From contig NW_021825106.1 in assembly GCF_006345805.1 (NCBI RefSeq), positions 1 through 16,693 of the forward strand: DNA of 16,693 bases, written 5' to 3'. Below are positions 11,251 through 16,693 of the stretch, piece after piece. Each line of letters begins with the position of its first letter. Positions within the stretch are counted from its first letter, which is position 1. This stretch comes from Octopus sinensis. Taxonomy: Eukaryota. The notes under the pieces are model-generated. The model had not been told where the DNA came from and searched no databases. It worked only from the letters and a program-made list of their open reading frames with translations. The position numbers and the translations under genes were made by a program.

Positions 11251-11786
11251 TAAAGGTCTCCAGATCGAGTCGCTTCTTCTCTGCATTGAGAGGTCACAGC
11301 CCCAGTTCTTCAGAAGTGTTTGGAATGCCACAGAAAAGAACCATAAGACAGAGTCTTCGAGCCGGGCCAGCCAGCGAGAGTCCTAAGTGTAGTGCAAGAA
11401 TAAAACGGTAGGATCATATCCATAGTCTAACCTTGGTCACCCTCGGGGATTTTAATAACGGTTGCTTCTGATAGGACCACGACCCTCCCTTCAGCAATAG
11501 GCAGAGAAGACGGATGAATGTCTGCATGCATGAAAATTTACAGAGGCAAAGATGAAAATACTTGAAAGAATTTTACTTGGAGGAAAGACTTAAAATAAAA
11601 GACAGATATAAAATCTGTTTTGGTGCGTCGATTTCAGAAACGGTGAATATTCAATTTACGTCGGAAATCCAAAATGAAATTATCAACTACGAAAAGGACT
11701 CTAACCTCCTGACACATTATTCTATATATTTGCCGTCAGAGACCTCTAGTAAATAAATATTTGAACGAAAATATACAAATGTTACC

Positions 11787-11970
11787 GCAGGAGTGGCTGT
11801 GGGGTAAGTAGCTTGCTTACCAACCACATAATTCCGGGTTCATTCCCACCGCGTGGCACCTTGGGCAAGTGTTTTCTACTATAGCCTCGGGTCGACCAAA
11901 GCCTTGTGAGTGGATTTGGTAGACGGAAACTGAAAGAAGCCCATCGTATATATGTATATATATATATATA
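11787..11970 (+). mobile_element. SINE family 'B' 5' half (tRNA-derived head, CORE-like motif, start of central (TA)n)
   Basis: A box gtggctgtggggt, B box ggttcattccc, then ggcaccttgggcaagtg. Homologous to 14603-14764 on the minus strand. Confidence 0.85.
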
Positions 11971-12227
11971 TCAAATGTGAGGATAAAATTCTTTTCGAAA
12001 AAAAATATTTTCTCGAAAAGAATTTTATCAATGGCCAGCATATTAAAAAATACCTTTAACGGTTAAATTTATAAACAATTCATAAATGAGGGCAAAGGAA
12101 AAAAAATTCTAATGCCAAATATGCCGAAAAATTGGACATATTGTCCATTAACGATATAATTTTTTCACAAAACGCACGCTACTCGAAAAAAGGTCGACAG
12201 AAATTTCTAAAAAATTCCATTATTACC

Positions 12228-12282
12228 ATATCGGACCGATTTCAGAGTTAGCTACTAAGAGCCCCCTCTTCGTCAGTGATAC
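12228..12282 (-). ncRNA. Minimal type I hammerhead motif (left arm of IR1)
   Basis: Reverse complement of the 12508-12562 motif with one change in distal stem I. Confidence 0.6.
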
Positions 12283-12507
12283 ATGTGGCAAAAGAAATAA
12301 ATGAGATACTTACTCATACCCATAGAAGAAGCAAATACTAAGTCATTAACTCACTCTGTGAGAGCCTCAGTTCAAATCGCACGTGCCTCGAATTGGCTGG
12401 AGTATTTCTATTTTGGATGTATTTGGGGTACTTAGTTGTGCCCATGACTTAGTATTAGCTTCTTCCATGGGTATGAGTAAGTATCTCATTTATTTCTTTT
12501 GCCACAT

Positions 12508-12562
12508 ATATCACTGACGAAGAGGGGGCTCTTAGTAGCTAACTCTGAAATCGGTCCGATAT
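12508..12562 (+). ncRNA. Minimal type I hammerhead motif (right arm of IR1)
   Basis: Stem I AUAUC(A)/(C)GAUAU; CUGACGA at 12514-12520; stem II AGAG/CUCU with an 18-nt loop; GAAA at 12547-12550; stem III AUCGGU, self-complementary with G-U pairs; GUC at 12554-12556. A.C mismatch at positions 1.1-2.1. Confidence 0.65.
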
Positions 12563-12707
12563 GGTAATAATGGAATTTTTTAGAAATTTCTGTCGACCTT
12601 TTTTCGAGGAGCGTGCATATTGTGAAAAAATTATATGGTTAATGGACAATATGTCCAATTTTTCGGCATATTGGCATTAGAATTTTTTTCGTTTGCCCTC
12701 ATTTATG

Positions 12708-12711
<4 letters not shown>

Positions 12712-12790
<79 letters not shown>

Positions 12791-13097
12791 TATATATATA
12801 TGTATTTATATATGTATATATGTATATATATATATATATTATATATATATATATATATATATTGTATGTATGTGTTTGTGTATATGTTTGTGTGTCTTTG
12901 TCCCCCCAACGTCGCTTGACAACCGATGGTGGTGTGCTTACGTCCCCGTCACTTAGCAGTTCGGCAAAAGAGACGGATAGAATAAGTACTGGGCTTACAA
13001 AGAATAAGTCCTGAGGTCGATTTGCTCGACGAAAGGCGGTGCTCCAGCATGGCTGCAGTCAAATGACTGAAACAAGCAAAAGAGTAAAAGAGTAAAC
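12712..13097 (+). mobile_element. SINE family 'B' central (TA)n tract and 3' half
   Basis: gtccccccaacgtcgcttgacaaccg..gatagaataagtact..gaggtcgatttgctcgac..ggtgctccagcatgg..tgactgaaacaag, with an (AAAAGAGT)n tail. I read it as the continuation of 11787-11970, based on the recalled family consensus. Confidence 0.85.
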
Positions 13098-13489
13098 GAG
13101 ATCCCTGTACTCTGAGGTATCTGTCCCTTATTTCTCACCTGAAATACTTCGTTCATGATATTATTCCCATTTTCTATCATTAACAACTGTCAGTAACGAT
13201 CCTTTCTATCAGTAACTTCATAATAAACCATAACTGGTGCAAAATAATTTTTGTACTTATTCTTCCTTGTATACAGATTCAAAATAAAAGATAAAACAAA
13301 GATATTTTCTGCGTGGAAATTGAAAAAAGAATGTCTATGTTAAGAGGTTAATTGTGAAATAGTTCTCCATGTTAACCTTTGGGATTGGCTTCACAGTTCC
13401 AGTAGAATTCCAAATGTTACCGATTTCATATGAAGCGTAATGTTGCTCCATTCTTCGTTAACACCGAAATTAATAAAAAATTTTTTTAA

Positions 13490-13623
13490 TCTTTTGCTTT
13501 TTACTTGTTTCAATCATCAGACTACGACCATGCTGGGGCACCGTCTGGGAGAATTTTTAGTTGAATGAATCGAGCCCAGAAGTTATTTTTACAATCGACC
13601 CCAGAACTTAATTTCTAAAACCT
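13490..13623 (-). mobile_element. SINE family 'B' 3' end (partial)
   Basis: ttacttgttttcaatcatcagactacgaccatgctggggcaccg..aatcgaccccag is the reverse complement of ~13005-13085; it includes a 25-bp tandem duplication at 13568-13617. Confidence 0.7.
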
Positions 13624-13828
13624 AATATATATATATATATATATATAAGTAATTAAGGGTTTAGCAACGATTTGCCTCACCACACACCAAATTTAGAAAT
13701 AGCAGTCAAAGAGTTTTGGCTATTCTTTCTACTTAAAAGGGAGATCCCAGTAAAACCACAGCACTTAAAAAGCAAACAACGCAGGCAAAAGAGAAAGAAA
13801 TGACGACAATCATTCTATATTAAGTCAC

Positions 13829-13906
13829 CTACGGACGTACGTTTCGGAATTAAGTCATAGCAGAGCATAAAAATTAAATAATTATGTCTTACCTAACTAT
13901 TTTCCT
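13829..13906 (-). ncRNA. Hammerhead fragment: stem II, GAAAC-GUAC-GUC and stem I 3' strand, lacking CUGANGA
   Basis: Minus strand reads AGGAA..UUCC GAAAC GUAC GUC CGUAG; the 5' core is replaced by the rearrangement at 13907. Confidence 0.6.
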
Positions 13907-14221
13907 GTAAGATGCTACAGTTTTTTTACTCGGATGAAATATAATTATTAATAATAAAGGGTGAAATTAATTAATTTGGAATAATCATTGATTTCACCAA
14001 GTATATTTCATCCCAGTAAAAAAACTGTAGCATCTTATTTTGGCAGCACGCTGACGGAAGGGGGATGGTGACATACTTTCATTCACCCTTTGAATTTGGT
14101 GGTACTGGTAATGGCTTACGCTCACTCTGATACCATGAGTTGAGGTGATGTCTTCTAGTGCCTTCAAATTTAATACACAATTATTAATAATTGAGACGCA
14201 ATTATTTATAATTGAAGAGTA

Positions 14222-14301
14222 CTACGCTGAAGAGGAAAATAGTTAGGTAAGACATAATTATTTAATTTTTATGCTCTGCTATGACTTAATTCCGTCCGTA
14301 G
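14222..14301 (+). ncRNA. Hammerhead fragment: stem I, CUGAAGA and stem II, with a 9-nt deletion of GAAACGUAC
   Basis: CUACG CUGAAGA GGAA-(52 nt)-UUCC [deleted] GUC CGUAG. Confidence 0.65.
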
Positions 14302-14585
14302 GTGACTTAATATAAAATGATTGTCGTCATTTCTTTCTCTTTTGCCTGCGTTGTTTCCTTTTTAAGTGCTGTGGTTTTACTGGGATCTCCCTTTTAAGTA
14401 GAAAGAATAGCCAAAACTCTTTGACTGCTATTTCTAAATTCGGTGTGTGGTGAGGCAAATCGTTGCTAAACCCTTAATTACTTAGTATTACTTAAACATT
14501 CCTTGAATGGGGCTTTTACATGCCGAACTCTACTTGGTGAAATTAATGATTATTCCAAATTAATTAATTTCACCCTTTATTATTG

Positions 14586-14764
14586 ATATATATATATATA
14601 TACACACGACGAGCTTCTTTCACTTTCCGTCTACCAAATCCACTTACAAGGCTTCGGTCGGCCTGAGGCTATAGTAGAAGACACTTGCCCGAAGTGCCAC
14701 GCAGTGGGACTGAACCCGGAACCTTGTGGTTGGGAAAGAAACTTCTTATCGTACAACCACCTGC
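14586..14764 (-). mobile_element. SINE family 'B' 5' half and (TA)n
   Basis: Reverse complement of 11787-11945 (gcaggtggttgtacg..ccgggttcagtcccactgcgtggcac..ggatttggtagacggaaagtgaaagaagc). Confidence 0.85.
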
Positions 14765-14797
14765 TTCACAGATACAGTACAGCACAATATTCCTTCA

Positions 14798-14986
14798 AGT
14801 AGAGTACCTCGCACAATTCAATATCTTTAGTACAGTACTTTGTATATTGGAGTACCATGCAGAGTGGAGTACAATATCTTGCAGGGTGGAGTACTTAACA
14901 CACTACAGCAATTTGTACATTAGAGTACTTTCCAGAGTACAGTACTTTGCACAGTAGAGTACATTACACAGAAGAGTACCTTACAC
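14798..14986. repeat. Degenerate 17-bp minisatellite, consensus ~AGTAGAGTACTTTGCAC
   Basis: Nine adjacent units at 14829-14986 (eight of 17 bp, one of 22 bp) plus one at 14798-14814. Confidence 0.8.
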
Positions 14987-15054
14987 ATACTTTGCATAGA
15001 GATTTAGCAATCTGCGGTGATTTAAAGACACGGGAAGTGTGTAATTATTCATTT

Positions 15055-15243
15055 CTACTCAAGGAACAAGGCCCAAAATTTTGGGGGAGGGGGCCAAACG
15101 ATTATATCGACCCCAGTACGCAATTGGTACTTAATTTATCGACCCCGGAAGGATGAAACGCAAAGTCGACCTCGGCGGAACTTGAACTCAAAACATAAAG
15201 ACAGACGAAATACCGCTAAGCATTTCGCCCGGCGTGCTAACGT
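15055..15243 (-). mobile_element. SINE family 'A', 5'-truncated
   Basis: Minus strand reads cgttagcacgccgggcgaaatgcttagcggtatttcgtc..gagttcaagttccgccgaggtcgac..ggggtcgataaattaagtacc; homologous to 2572-2765. Confidence 0.85.
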
Positions 15244-15430
15244 CTCTTCCTGTTTCTGTTATACCTGTATTTCAAAGAGGCCAGCCTTGTGACACTCTGT
15301 GACACCCTGAATCTCCCCGATAACTACGTTAAGGGTACACGTGTCTGTGTACACGCTAATTTCACAAGCAGGCTGTTACGTTCATCGGATCAACTGGAGC
15401 CCTCGTCGTCGTAACCGACGGAGTGCCATG
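15244..15430 (-). mobile_element. Interspersed repeat family 'C'
   Basis: Homologous to 3709-3839. Confidence 0.75.
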
Positions 15431-15467
15431 ATATATACGTATAATATAATATGTATATAATACATAC

Positions 15468-15515
<48 letters not shown>

Positions 15516-15607
15516 TATATATATTATAATATATATTATAGATATATACATATATAATTATATGTATATATATAAACACATATATAAGGGAGAAATTATA
15601 TACATAA

Positions 15608-15638
<31 letters not shown>

Positions 15639-15775
15639 ATATATATAATATATATATATATATATATAATATATATTCTATATGCATATATACATACAAT
15701 GTATATGTCGTCAGTCTGCATGTGCACATATTTATGTATGTATATGCATGTACTTATACACATATACACACAAAC
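15431..15775. repeat. (TA)n-rich microsatellite
   Basis: Directly visible. Confidence 0.95.
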
Positions 15776-15787
15776 TTTATCTTTATC

Positions 15788-16015
15788 ATGACTACCACCA
15801 CTACCACCACCTCCACTACCACCACCACAACTACCGCCATCACTTCTACCACTAACCCCTACAATACAAACACCACTGTTACTTCGAGGCCACATAATTT
15901 CCTACTTACGCAAACTTTCTCTCTTTCTCTCCTTGTCCCTCCCTCTCTCCATCCCTCTCTCTCTCCCTCTCTAACTCCTTCAGCCTCTCTCTTCCTCCCT
16001 CCCTCGCTCGCTCGC
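15788..16015. repeat. (CCA)n followed by a (CT)-rich low-complexity tract
   Basis: Directly visible. Confidence 0.85.
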
Positions 16016-16319
16016 GCGCTTATTTTTACACCTGAGGGTGTATATCCAAAAACAGTTTAGCGTATTTATTAAAGAGGTTGGTGCGGGGCCGGTGGAGTGC
16101 GGTGCAACAGCAGTATGATGCGGTGTGGTGTTGTATGGGCGAGGGCCAGGGTGACCATCGTATGGTGGTGGTGGTGGTGGTGGGTGGGGAGACGAAGTTA
16201 GGTGAAGAGGCTGAACAGTTAGAATGAGGGATTCTGGGACAGCAATTATTCTTCAGTCTTATTTATTTCACACGAGTAACTCCTTAACCACCTACCAACA
16301 TAATTGCTTCGGCAACACA

Positions 16320-16693
16320 CTCAACACTCCTCACCACCAACACCACTACTACCACTATTTAATTTACTTGCTTTTTTTGTTGGTTTTTCATTCTTTTCAG
16401 TTGTTTGTTTACATTTTCCTTCATTTACTTCATACACCATCTTGAACTCTCTTCTTCTTTACTTCTTTTTTGTCTTCGGTCTCGCTTCTTTGTCATCTTC
16501 CCTGGAACTTCTTCTTCTTCCTCTTCTCTTCTTCTTCGTCATCTTTCCTGGAACTTTCTTCTTCTTCGTCTTCTTTTTCATCTTCTATCTCTTCTTCTTC
16601 GTCTTCCTCTTCTTCTTTTCCTTCTTTCCCTTCTTTTTTCTTCGTCATCTCCTTGAACTTACTTCTTCTTTACTTCTTCTTTTCCTTCTTTTT
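16320..16693. repeat. (CAC)n and (CTT)n low-complexity tract with a recurring gtcatctYcctggaactt motif
   Basis: Motif at ~16493, ~16538 and ~16644, with a shorter version at ~16438. Confidence 0.8.

Larger units (their letters stand above)
11971..12711. mobile_element. Head-to-head inverted duplication of a hammerhead-bearing PLE-like terminus (IR1)
   Basis: Arms 12077-12346 and 12444-12711 are reverse complements (8 substitutions and 2 single-base indels by hand count), with a 97-bp spacer, (TA)n on both flanks and an HHR motif in each arm. Confidence 0.75.
13646..14585. mobile_element. Second head-to-head inverted PLE-like terminus complex (IR2) with nested rearrangement
   Basis: Arms 13646-13906 and 14233-14484 (3 substitutions and one 9-nt indel); segment 13950-14003 is inverted at 14531-14584; 36-bp inverted repeat at 13908-13943/14002-14037; (TA)n on both flanks. 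Confidence 0.8.

Noticed and set aside
11307-11313. CTGAAGA on the minus strand as a hammerhead core
   Set aside because: No stem II or GAAA downstream before the microsatellite.
11255-11330. Possible CR1-like LINE C-terminal remnant (EELGL*..SMQRRSDSIW, minus strand)
   Set aside because: Needs a stop and a frameshift within ~20 codons; too weak to call without a search.
11562-11756. 64-aa non-repetitive ORF
   Set aside because: Starts at TTG, is short and AT-rich, and has no recognisable motif.
11787-11860. tRNA gene (also considered at 2572, 4135-4250 and 14700-14764)
   Set aside because: A and B boxes are present, but there is no cloverleaf and the sequences continue into SINE bodies.
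13514-13520. CTGATGA on the minus strand followed by TTGAAA
   Set aside because: No room for stem II, no stem I, and it lies within a SINE tail.
14798-14986. CRISPR-like array
   Set aside because: Units are contiguous and degenerate with no unique spacers, in a eukaryotic context with no cas genes.

Overview
Non-coding, AT-rich eukaryotic DNA with very dense microsatellites. The interspersed repeats resemble SINE families I recall from Octopus genomes; this is recall, not a search result. No protein-coding gene is supported: nearly all supplied ORFs are microsatellite translations, and the only recognisable coding remnant is a decayed RTE-clade LINE C-terminus (~3870-4100). About eight SINE or SINE-like fragments are present. 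The main signal is four sequence-distinct repeat termini carrying minimal type I hammerhead ribozyme (HHR) motifs, all with a self-complementary stem III and each followed 100-290 nt later by a microsatellite. This matches Penelope-like element (PLE) pLTRs or retrozyme-like elements. Two of them occur as head-to-head inverted duplications (270/268 bp arms at 12077-12711; 261/252 bp arms at 13646-14484), each apparently inserted into the central (TA)n tract of the same SINE family. In the second pair the hammerhead is split: one arm has the CUGAAGA half and the other has the GAAAC-GUAC-GUC half, and together they reconstruct a canonical ribozyme. All RNA folds were done by eye; no activity is demonstrated.
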